A stretch of 64,000 bases of DNA from Felis catus (taxonomy: Eukaryota), in assembly GCF_018350175.1 (NCBI RefSeq), contig NC_058368.1, positions 49,911,815 to 49,975,814 of the forward strand, in the 5' to 3' direction. Made by a program: the position numbers and the translations under genes. This document shows positions 53,401 through 64,000 of the stretch, piece by piece. The notes under the pieces are model-generated. The model was not told where the DNA came from. It saw nothing but the letters and a program-made list of their open reading frames with translations, and did no database searches. The first letter of the stretch is position 1; each line of letters starts with the position of its first letter.

Positions 53401-54465
53401 ATATTTTACAATGCACTAAGTTCTAGGATTTTTCTCTCTTTTAGACTCCTCTCTCATGCTCCTCACTTACCTCCTTTTTTTTTTCTTTTTATCCCCCTCC
53501 TTCTCATCCTCTGTCTCTCTCTCATTGTCCCCTTCCTTCTCCAACCCTCCTCACACTCTTCTCTCAGGAAGAGATGTGTAGTAACGATATGCTGTTGCTT
53601 GTTTTCCTGCCAACTTGGATGTCCCTGGGTCTCAGGGTGTGGAATTTTTCTGGATGGACAGTTCAGAGGAATGCTGGCACCTGCTGTTGTAACAATACTT
53701 TGTAGCCTCCTCCAATCCCCAGCCTATCTTCTGAGTACCCTTCTCTAACTGTCAGCATGTTCACTGCTCTTGTCTCTTTCCGGCTTTGAAAAGAATTCTA
53801 GATCTGGCTGCAGGAAATATAGGTTGAAGTCCCATTCTGCCACCTGTGAAACCTTGGGAAACAATTTAAACTCTCCAAGCGGTAGCTACTGTGTTTGTAA
53901 TATGGTGACATCTCTCTCTCTCTCACCTGCCTGCTTGTCAGACTGTAGTGAGGATCAAACAAATGCGTGAGAAGGGTCAAAGTTTCTATGAAGAGTAAAG
54001 CCTGAATTAAGTCTGAATATATATTATTGTTTCATTGCTATAATAACATCTCACTTAGTTAACATAGTTGGACAGTTTACTAACAAATTAAATTGTATTA
54101 ACATATACATTTAAAAATTTCTGGAGGTAAAACTACACATCTTTATTTGGCTATTAGAATTTGAGCAAGTGTATCAATTACCTATATTCCTTTTAATTTG
54201 ATTATTTATAAAGTTTTGGCAGGTATAGTAATTAGTTGCTGCTAATTGGTTTGTTCTCACAAACTACCCCTTCCCCAACACACACAAATTCCCAATGTCC
54301 TACTACAAGCAAATATTTATTTAGCTTACATTTCTCAAGGGTTAGTGGTGGGTTGGCCAGTCTAGGCTGGGCTCAGCTGAGGTGGTTCCGCTGTGCTCCA
54401 AGTGTCTTTTGCTGTGTTTCTGGGACCAGCAGGCTAGCCCAAGCACATTCTTCTCAAGGCAGTGG

Positions 54466-54579
54466 CAGAAATGCAAGACAACACGCAGAAATACAAGCTC
54501 ATTAAGGCCTAGACTTGGAACAGAAATGCAAGACAACACGCAGAAATACAAGCTCATTAAGGCCTAGACTTGGAACAGA
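54466..54579. repeat. Perfect 55-bp tandem duplication within an MLT1-like LTR
   Basis: cagaaatgcaagacaacacgcagaaatacaagctcattaaggcctagacttggaa x2, plus caga. Confidence 0.95.
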
Positions 54580-54652
54580 CTTATTTCTGCCCTACTTTAT
54601 TGACTAAAACAAGTTACATGGCTGAACTAGGTGTCAAGGAGTGGAGAAATAA

Positions 54653-55272
54653 CACACCTGATTTTCATTATTTGTGGTAGTTATGGTCTGTAAAGTCACC
54701 ATGAATACTGCTTTAGTAAATACAGAACCACTGCTCCCAGGGGAAATATCAGTTAGGTTCCTGTGAGCCTCTGATAACATTTGCATCAACAGATCGATAT
54801 ATAACCTTGTTTTATGTGTTTCTTTTTAAAGACACCTCACCTGATATACATTGTTGAATCATTAACATCAAACTCCTGGCCGACAGCACCATAACTCATG
54901 CCTGAAGGAACAAATCTAACACATGTATTTTTGGTATAAGGCACATCACAGTGCTCTTGTGTTTGGGAACATCAGACAGAATGTCTGCACAATGCTTGGG
55001 GCCATATATACACTGAAATCATCAATAAAAAGTGCAAAAATGCAAAAAAAAAATATATGGCACTAAATAGAGTGCAAAAAGGACACTTGTTTCTAGGATG
55101 AGACCTGAAACAAGGCAGAATATTGCCTGTTCACTCTCAGCTGGGAACTCAAGTTTTTTTGCCACTACACATGTCTGCAAATAACTGTGGGAGAATTAAT
55201 TTGGGGGACACAAATAATGTTAGCAGGTAGGCAGATTCAAAGTGCAGAATCCATGAATAATGGGGATCAACG
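54653..55272 (+). mobile_element. MER82-like TcMar-Tigger element
   Basis: cattatttgtggtagttatggtctgtaaagtcacc...ccactgctcccaggggaaat start; ccatgaataatggggatcaac end forms a degenerate TIR. Confidence 0.7.
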
Positions 55273-55562
55273 CTACTTTGTCCTTTAGTGGAAAAATTTT
55301 AAAGGAGGTAGATGGAGAGTTAAAAAAAATAGGGCCTATAATGCCTAATCTTGAGATCCATCTCAGATGTATTGAATCAAATCTGCATTTCAGACCCCCA
55401 GATGTTTTTGTATGCGCATTCAAGTCTGAAAAGTACTTCCCTTTAATATGATGATAGGTACATTCATGCCAGAGAGTGGTAGTTAAACCCTACAAAAGTT
55501 AGGGCCCTAGTGCAGAATTGTTATGAGTCTAAAAGTTTGGGGCATACAGGAACAATCTTTTT

Positions 55563-56075
55563 AAGGTGAAGAGTAACTTATTTCATCTTGCAACTCCTAT
55601 AATGGAAAAGAGGCAGAGTAATTGGGCCTCTTTGGCTTTTCGAGAGCAGCATATGTGACCCTGGAAATTACAGCTATAACACATTTATTGGGTAACATGG
55701 ACGGCTGACGGTTTGAGGGGGTCCCTGAGCAAGACAGTGCTCTGCAGCAAGTCCGTGCAGAAAGGCCAGCTGCCTTGCTGTTTGGCCCTATGTCTCAACA
55801 GATCCAGGGGTACTAGAGATGTCCATGGTGAGTGAGTAAGGGTGTATGTGGAGTCTTAGGTAACCCTAACAGGAGAATCACAGGGAAGAACCTCAGGGCT
55901 CTGGAGCAAGGCCATTCACTAACAGCAGGCCATTTGAAAAGCAGCCTTGGCACACCACTGAAAGCCTGGCCATAAAACTCAAGTATGATGCAACTATAGC
56001 TGCTTATCATGAGCTGGACATTTCAGACTTACCAACTCACTCTAGGGGGGTTTAACAGCAATCTGTCAGATGGAT
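55563..56075 (+). mobile_element. ERV-L internal pol fragment (RT connection / RNase H)
   Basis: Degenerate KVKSNLFHLATP, GLFGF, PEQDSALQQV, GESQGRTSGLWSKAIH, FEKQ and LLIMSW blocks in ERV-L pol order. Confidence 0.7.
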
Positions 56076-56256
56076 CAGGAGAAAGAGGAATCAAAGTTCT
56101 GGAAATTCCTTGGAGGTCAAACATCGGTGGCCAGAATATGAGTGGGAAAGTTGGAAGTTCTTCGAGAAAGGCAAACTCAGCGCAATAAAATTATCCTTTT
56201 TTTTTTTCACCCGTAAAAGCTCCTCTCCCTGAATGCCTTCTATTGGGAGCAGAGTG

Positions 56257-56964
56257 GTAAATGCACTCTACCCCAAGTCAGATCTCTGAAGTTATCATTG
56301 ACAATTTAGGCTCACCAAAGGGATATCCTATTAAAATGGTTTCTATTTAATTTGTGCCTCCTTCTCCATCTCCGTGGTTTATTGCCTTAATTCTCTCATC
56401 ATTTCACCCTTGCAAATATCCTACATTATTGACAAATTAAGTTTCTGCATATCTGATGATTCTCTTCATTCCTCAAGTATTTATCGAGCATCTATTATGT
56501 ATCAGGCACTGGGGTAGGCTTTGGGGAAACAGTGTGAAGAATTTAAAAAGACACTCCTGCAAGCCTCATGGAATTTACAGGCTGGTGGAAGAGAGATATG
56601 AAAATCCTGCTTAAAAGCCTTCAGTGGTTCCCTGCTGTTTACAGAGTGAAGCCCAGATGTCTTGATGGGACTGTCCCTCCTTACCCCTCCAGCATCACCT
56701 CCAACCAAAGCCCTTCAACCTTGCAGGCTCTGCAGCCACAGTGCACACTTCACTTCTTCTGAGCATAATCAGATATGCAGAAACTTAATTTGTCAATAAT
56801 GTAGGAAATTGCAAGAGTGAAATGATAGAATTAAGGCAATAACCATGGAGATGGAGAACGAGGCACAGATTAAACAGAAACCGTTTTAAGAGGGTATCCC
56901 TTTGGTGAGCTGAAATTGTCAATGACAACTCCAGAGATTTGACCTGGGGTAGAGTGCATATTAC
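56257..56964. repeat. ~200-bp inverted repeat (arms ~56257-56460 and ~56765-56964; spacer ~300 bp)
   Basis: Arms align as reverse complements end to end; perfect 39-bp core 56419-56457 vs 56768-56806. Confidence 0.93.
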
Positions 56965-57223
56965 ATTTCAAGGGCCCTCTCCAGCTTTACACCTTTTGCA
57001 GGGAACCTCTGGACACACCTCCCCTCTTTAGCTGCACGTCTCTTCAGTTCTACATCTCATGCTACCACTATCATATATGTATCATACTTCGTTGCAATTT
57101 TTCATTCTTCTGCCCACCTCTTCTACTCTACGGTGAGTGCAGTGTCTGATTCATAATAGGTGCTTGACATTTTTTTCATAAATAACTAAATAGGTATATA
57201 GAGAGCAACCCCCCTCCCCCCTC

Positions 57224-57228
<5 letters not shown>

Positions 57229-57273
<45 letters not shown>

Positions 57274-57283
57274 ACACACACAC
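57229..57283. repeat. (CA)n microsatellite upstream of the UCHL3 promoter
   Basis: CA run with one GA interruption. Confidence 0.93.
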
Positions 57284-57844
57284 TCTGCAATAGCAGATGA
57301 GGCTGACATATCACCTCTGCACCGTGGCAAAGGAGCTTTTGGGACTTGACTCCTGGGCATTCACTGGCCTTCAGGCCTCCTGATGCATGGCAATCCCGTT
57401 GTTCGCTCTTAGAATAGGACTCAGTGGCGCGCCCCCTAGCGCCTCCAGCTGAAGCTGCAGGAACGGGAGGGCGCCCGCGAGCATGAGGTCCCAGGCCCGC
57501 GCAAGGCGCAGGCGTAGCACGCGAGCGCTAGGCTCGGATGGGAACAGTCCAAGTGAGAGGGGAGCTAGCTGTGGATTCAGATTCTTTTTCCTTTTTCAGT
57601 ACGGAGATGGCTTATCTTGTCTTCTCCGATTGTATCTTAATTTAAAATGTAAGACTTGAGTGTGGCTCTGCAGGGAAGGAGAAAAGCACTAGAGTGTTTT
57701 GTCAAGCTGTTTTTCGTTCTTCAGCACCCCTCCCTGGGGGGGGGGGGTGGAGGAGGGTTGGACGGTCCCAGGTCAGAGCGCGCGGGGGCGGAAGCGGCGG
57801 CGGCTGCTGCTGTCAGAGCTGGAGAGGGGCCGGGCGGAGCGGCC

Positions 57845-57886
57845 ATGGAGGGTCAGCGTTGGCTGCCGCTGGAGGCCAATCCCGAG
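57845..57886 (+). CDS. UCHL3: Ubiquitin C-terminal hydrolase L3, coding exon 1 (MEGQRWLPLEANPE)
   Basis: gccATGG Kozak context; matches the UCHL3 N-terminus; GAG|GTGTGC donor. Confidence 0.96.
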
Positions 57887-58003
57887 GTGTGCGCTGCTTG
57901 GATCTCGGCTTGAGGCCGCGGGCATGGGCGGAGGGAAGCGGGATGCCGCGGCTAGTCCAGAGCAGTTTGTTTCTATAAATTGTGTTCTCTGTTCCGTTTT
58001 CAG

Positions 58004-58015
58004 GTCACCAACCAG
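58004..58015 (+). CDS. UCHL3: UCHL3 coding exon 2, 12-nt microexon (VTNQ); later exons lie beyond the window
   Basis: ttttcAG|GTCACCAACCAG|GTGAGT; continues ...ANPE-VTNQ. Confidence 0.94.
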
Positions 58016-59199
58016 GTGAGTGAGGTGTCTGTCGCTGGGGACCCCGGAGCCCTCCCTGCCTGCCTGCACCTCTGATCTTCCTAGGAATCTGGAATTAGAT
58101 TCAGTGAGGGCCCCTCTTGCTTTGCTTCATACGGGTGTGCCCCCTTTACGGCCGTATCCCTACCACCTAATTCCTGGAGATGCTCCCGGCTATTTCAGCC
58201 CTTCCTCTGGGGCCATTCCCCTGTCATCCTGGGGTCTGGGTCTGAGGCTTGTGGCACATTGACCCTGTATTCCTATTTCTCTTCCCTCTTCGTTTTGCCT
58301 CCTGCTAGTGCCAATTCCATAATTTCCCAACTCCTGTACCTTCTGGGTGACTAATTTGTCTACACTACCTGACTCCAAGCTTTGAAAACTCGCCCACCCA
58401 GTCCTTGTAATTTCATCCACCGCCTGCACTATGAAATCATCTTCCAATCATCTTCTCTTGCTCCATCAAGTCACTTGTCTTCCCCGCCACGCCCCCTTTC
58501 TCTTCCAGTCCCTTAAAACTGGAATTTAGTTGTTTCTATACCATAGAAAGCTCAGTATAATAGTTCCCACGCCATTCTTGGCCCACCTACAAACACTTCA
58601 AGTTCGTCTGGGTATTGAAGGTTCAAGTTTGGGGTGGGAAACATCTCCCAGCCACTCCATTAAAAGTTATTGTGCTACCAGGTATAAACTTTTGATTTGC
58701 TCAGGTGTATTTTATCTTAACCTGTTTTAAATTCTCATCAGCTCATTTACTTTTTATGGCCCTTTTAGCTTGTCATCTGATGTACGTTCCCGCCCCCCCC
58801 CCCATAATTTTCCTTTTCATCATCAAGGAATAATGATTCATCACATACTTGATTTTTGATTTTCAAAGCTTGTAGAAAAATTCCTTATATACAGAAAGTA
58901 GATAGAAACGCTTGATCTTAATGTTGACAGTAAATCTTTCATCTTATGCAGTTTATTGTATGTTTTTGAAATGACTCTGGAACTCTTGTCTCTTTAGTAA
59001 TCCTGAGATGTACAAAACTTAAAACCCTGCATATATCTTTTATATTGTGCTTTAGATGGCATTCTCTATATGCATGCTAATTTTCTTTTGTTTCCCCCTT
59101 TTGAAATTTGCTGTTCATTTTTTCCTTAAAATAGTTTCACCCCTTTGTAAAGAGAGAAAAATCTTTAGGCTGAAGAAATCATTTGCACCTTCTGATTTA

Positions 59200-60395
59200 G
59201 TCCATAGGGGAGACCTAAGCCAAAGCTATTTTTATACCTTTGTGAAAAATCAATTTACCATATATCTGAACTTTGTTCTTTTCCATTGATCTTTGTGTCT
59301 GTTCTTTTCCCGATACCACATTGTTTTGATTATTGTAGTTTGGTAGTAAATCTTGAAATCAAATAGTATGAATCCTCCCACTTTGTTCATTTTTGAAATT
59401 GTTTTAGTTACTTTGCCTTCCCATATAAATTTTAGAATCGACTTGTCAAGTTGTACAAAAAAATCATGGTTTTGATGGTAAATGTGTCTAAATATATAGA
59501 TTTAGTTTGGGGAAAACTAACATCTTAACAATATTGAGTCTTGTATTCCATTAAGATAGTATATCTCATCATTTGCTTAGGTCTTTGATTTCACTCAACA
59601 GTGTTTTGTAGTTTCAGCGTATAGTTCTTGCATGTATTTTGTTAGATTTATACCTAAATATTTGTTACTATTGTAAATGACACTGTTTTAAAATTACAAT
59701 TTCTAATTGTCCATTGCTATGTGTAGAAATATAGTTGATTTTTATATGACGGCTTGTATCCTACTACTCTGCCAAATGCGCTTATTCTGGTGGCTTTTTT
59801 GTCGATGTTTTGGGATTTTTGTATATAGACAATCATATTCTGTGTGAATAGACTGTTTTTTACTTCTTCCTTTTCAATCTGTGTGCTTTTTATTTCTTTT
59901 TCTTTTTTGCATTCGTTGGGACCTTTAATACAAAGTTTTCCGCCTTCGGTGGAAAACATTTGATCTTTCATCATTAAATATGTTAATTGTAGGGCTTCGG
60001 TAAATGCTTTTTGTCAGATAAAGAAGTTTCTTTCTTTTCCTAGTTTACTGAGAGTTTTTATCATGAATCCATGTTTAATTTTCTTAAATGGCTTTTCTGC
60101 AACCCTTGAGATACTCTTTTAAGAAATAATATCAATTGTATATAAACATAGAAGAGGAGGGACACTTACCAATTCATTTTATGGCCAGCATTACCAGACA
60201 AGCCATAATAAGAGTAACTGCAGACCAGTATCCTTCATGGGATCTAAAAATCTTTAGCAAAATATTAGCAAATTGAGTGTAGCAATGTATAAAAAGAATA
60301 CTATTTCATGACTAAGAGCAGTTTATCCAGGGATCGCACAGCTGGGTTCACCATTCAAAAGTCAATCAATGTAATTAGCCATATCAAGAGACAAA
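59200..60395 (-). mobile_element. Old L1 ORF2 fragment with 5' inversion, in UCHL3 intron 2
   Basis: Minus part ~59200-60112 (IEKEEVKNSLFTQNMIVYI); plus part ~60130-60395 (EEEGTLTNSF...KSINVISHI). Confidence 0.8.
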
Positions 60396-63275
60396 ACTAT
60401 TTTTGGTGATATTATTTGTTAATAAGATATAAATTTATTTAACTGGAAACATACATATTGTGATCCAGCTGCCAATGGACCTTGTTCCTAGGTAATCTTA
60501 ATATTAACTATAAAACACATTCACTTTCAAGAGACACAAACAAACACACATGCACATTTACTTATTCACATAGATTAAATGGTATTTACGGAGCACCTTT
60601 TCTAATCCAGGTATCTGAGAAGGAGCTGGTTATTCTTTGGTGATTAAAATATTCATGGTTTTCTGCTTTTCAGTGGGAAGATAGACAATAAACAAGTAAG
60701 CAAACAATTAGCAATTGTTTTAAGTGCAATGAAAAAAATTAATAGGGCACTGTGATCAAAACCATCAGGAGAAACATAATAGGTTAGTTGGTGACAGGAG
60801 GCCAGTCTGAGGTGGCGTAAACAGGGAAAAAGATGTTATTTAGTGTATGATTTGACACTATTTCTGGCTTGTTTTGGCAGGGTTCAGTTTGTTTTAAATT
60901 TATTAAAGAAGTAATGTGATTTTAGGGCAGAATGAGCAAATATTTTAGAAGTGATTGGTTTTAACCAAAATTTTTGTGGTTGGTTTTAATTCTTTATACG
61001 TTAGTGACAAAACTGAGACTAGAAAATGAACAGAAATTTGATAACTGACTTAGAATTTGGAGAATAAATTAAGCCACAGATAAACCCGAACAATATCCAT
61101 CCCCACACTATTTCTTCAACTTAATGGAATCTTAGGTATTTTACTTGTTACAATTTGGTAGTTGCATACGTTATTATACTCTTAGTTTTATGTTCTAATG
61201 ATGCCTAGTTTGTAGGAAAATGGTTGACATATTTATTATATAGAGATCATTATTAGCTGTTAGACATTAACTAGTAACCATGTGTCTCAGTAGATGTGGT
61301 AAGCAGTGATTTTTCTTGTTGATTAATGTGCTGTCAATCCATTCTAAGGATATTTTATCATGTTACAGGTAGGACTTACCCGGAATAAAATCAGTTAGGT
61401 GATAAAAAAAAATTATTCTCATTTAACTTCTAGTTACTGTCTACTTCTTCTAGCAATTACTGCTTATATATATTTATTAGTAGTAATATCAAGTGCTAAA
61501 TAAGCATAATTTCTGTTACAATCTAAATCATTAACAAATGCGTAATAAGGTGGAGTCTGTCACTGCCCTGAGCATGCCATTAAAGACCAGAAAAAGTGGC
61601 TTAAAACAAATTTGAAAGGAAAGTGAATGTTATTTTTCTGTTTTCTTAAATTTACAAAATCAGAGTTTTTATTTGACTGTCATCTAAAAAGGAAGAATTC
61701 ATTGTAAGTTAGGGGCAGAGGGTAACAGTTTTTCAGGTAGAGAAGTCTAGTTTGTGTGCAAAGACCTGGAGGGAAGAGGTGGTTATAGACTCTTTGTTCA
61801 TTGTGGCTAAAGTTAGAGAACACCGTATAAAAGAAGATACTTCAGTGAAAGAAAAGTAAATAGGGATGAGAGCAGCCTGGAGCTTTGCGCGTGGGTTCTG
61901 GCCATGTGAATTTGAACAATGCTATAATCTCTCAGACTCCGTTTTCTCATTGGTAAAAGGATCTAATAAAAGCTACCTTGCTCCTTGCAGTAAAGGTGAA
62001 GTATATTAAAGCTTCTAGCATGCTTTCTGATACATGACACTTTTTAAAAATATTTACAAATAATTTTAAATGGTGTTTATTTGGTGGAAAAATTTATCAT
62101 TGGACCATAGAATTAAAAAAAAAAAGTTGCCTCATATTTTAAGGGCACATATCCTAAATTACTCATTTTTCTTGATTGGACAAAATTACAGTGGCATTGT
62201 GAAAATTTAGTGGGCTAATCGGTCAGAACTTTGTTATTACCCAATGTTTAGAAAGGCCAGATTGGTATTAGGTTGTAAGTCCTTTTATCCCGCTTGATGC
62301 AAACTGCATGCTTCTATTGTGTAGAGATGGCTTTGGAAATGCATATACGGAATACTCTGTGGGTAGTCTGGAGAAATTTTTTTGGAATAGTTTTAAGGTC
62401 ATTACTTTGAGTTTTTCTCCCAGTTTTGTAAATTTAACTAAAACATGTGTATCAGTTCTATAGATTTTTATAACTTACAAACTACATATAACTATTATAA
62501 AAATAACACATTTTTTAAAACTGGAAAATAAGTTGAGTTCACATCACCCAAGCTAACTGCAGTCAATATTTTTATGTATGTATGTATGTATGTATGTATT
62601 TTTAAGCAGTCAATATTTTAGAGAACTTCCTTCCAATCATTCTCTATTTACGTAGGATAATTTTAAACACAGATGCGTTTGTTTAATTATCAAAGTAGGA
62701 CAGCTTCATGATTAAAAAAAAAGAGAGAGAAAAGTAAACGTTGAAGACCTTCCCCACCCTTTCTCCACTTCCCAGAGGTAGTGACTATTAGTAGCTGCTT
62801 TTGTCTTTTCATTCATAGATGACTTCCTGTGTGAATCTTACAGCAATCCGGAATCAGAGGATGCAACAAATGTACTTGATAGATATTGATTGGCCTTTTT
62901 ATGTCAATCTCTTTGAGATTAGCAGTATGAGTAAAAATTTAAGTGTGATTCCAGTTAAAATGTAGCCATTTTTATGTTAATGTAGTCATTCATTCCTCAG
63001 TTACTAATCATTCTTTCTACAGTGGCTGCCTTGGATCTTAGTATTTTTCATCCTTAATAGCTTTGGCTGACCTGAAGTAAGACTGTCCCTAAAATGTTTC
63101 ACTGTTACTTCCAGTTTGCAGCACAGATGTGTTTCTCTGTTACGTGTACCATGCTGTTTTATAATTTTATGACAGTATGACTTTTTGGGGTGTATAAAAT
63201 TAACAAATTTAAATCCTCTTATCAGGATTTATGATTCTTTTCCCTTTAGAGCTTTCAATCCTAGGCAGATAGTAT

Positions 63276-63366
63276 TCTCCTATCCAGGTTCTAACCAGGT
63301 TCAACCCTCCCTAGCTTCCAAGGTCAGAGGAGACCAGGGCACCTTCAGGGTGGTATGGCTATAGAC
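63276..63366 (-). pseudogene. 3'-truncated 5S rRNA retropseudogene
   Basis: gtctatagccataccaccctgaaggtgccctggtctcctctgaccttggaagctagggagggttgaacctggttagaacctggataggaga aligns to 5S nt ~1-90. Confidence 0.9.
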
Positions 63367-63479
63367 TGGGCAGGCAGTGTTCTGTGTTGATTAAATGAAT
63401 GCCTGGTTTTCGATTAGAAGCCAAATATATCTTTCCTCCTTATTTAACATGACATAAATACAAATGAATATATTTTAAA

Positions 63480-63638
63480 TTTTTAAAAAAATATTTATTT
63501 ACATTTTGAGAGAGAGAGAGGGGGACAGAATCCGAAGCCTGCTCGAGCTGACAGCAGTGAGCCTGATGCGGGGCTCGAACTCATGAACCATGAGATCATG
63601 ACCTGAGCAGAAGTTGGACACTCAACCGACTGAGCCAC
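63480..63638 (-). mobile_element. CAN-SINE (deleted)
   Basis: TSD caaatgaatat(a/g)ttttaaat. Confidence 0.88.
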
Positions 63639-64000
63639 CAAATGAATATGTTTTAAATATTCATGATAAATACAGCTTAATGGACATCCATAGACATACA
63701 GATGGCAAGATTATCTGTTAAAATAGGGATGTGATCTTCAGTTCAACAAATAAAACTTGAGTGTCTTTGGGTTAACCAGGTACAGTGCTAGGCGATGGGA
63801 TTAAAAAGATGATTAAGACACAGTTCCTTCTCTTGACTTGTGGGTCAGTTTTAATTCTTTCTGGTTTCTAGATCAAATTGAATATAGAGAAGGGCATAGA
63901 CTAAGGATTTTGGAGAAAGTGGAGAACAGAGAGGGAAGTAGTTTGGAGTACTTGAGTGACCTTTATTAAAAGTGTAGAATCAGATGAAGAATAGGTATGC

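Larger units (their letters stand above)
57420..58060. promoter_or_regulatory. UCHL3 CpG island / promoter, with a CTCF-like motif at 57428-57442
   Basis: CpG-rich; gcgctagggggcgcg on the minus strand resembles the CTCF core; gggggcggaagcgg near 57785. Confidence 0.75.

Noticed and set aside
54466..54579. Direct repeats as a CRISPR-like array
   Set aside because: Two abutting units with no spacers, in mammalian DNA
58016..64000. UCHL3 exon 3 (FLKQLGLHPNWQF...)
   Set aside because: No matching sequence seen; presumably beyond the window end

Overview
Mammalian genomic DNA, almost certainly felid: it is dense in tRNA-derived CAN-SINEs, including young SINEC_Fc-type copies, and in carnivore L1. 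The window covers the TBC1D4-COMMD6-UCHL3 syntenic block: TBC1D4 coding exon 1 (minus strand, CpG island, GC-type donor), the complete 4-exon COMMD6 CDS (minus, 85 aa) and UCHL3 coding exons 1-2 (plus). It also holds an ATP6V1E1 processed pseudogene, a tailless 5S rRNA retrocopy, and many L1, SINE, LTR and DNA-transposon remnants. Most notable: the divergently oriented COMMD6 and UCHL3 have the same 5' architecture (42-nt exon 1, short intron, identical 12-nt VTNQ microexon in a 44/48-identical block). This suggests the short mammalian COMMD6 N-terminus came from an inverted duplication of the UCHL3 5' end. Other findings are a ~200-bp inverted repeat upstream of UCHL3, a poly(A)-tailed insertion made only of an L1 5' end, a twin-primed L1 and re-used insertion sites. 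Repeat family names come from my recall of consensus sequences, and repeat boundaries are approximate.
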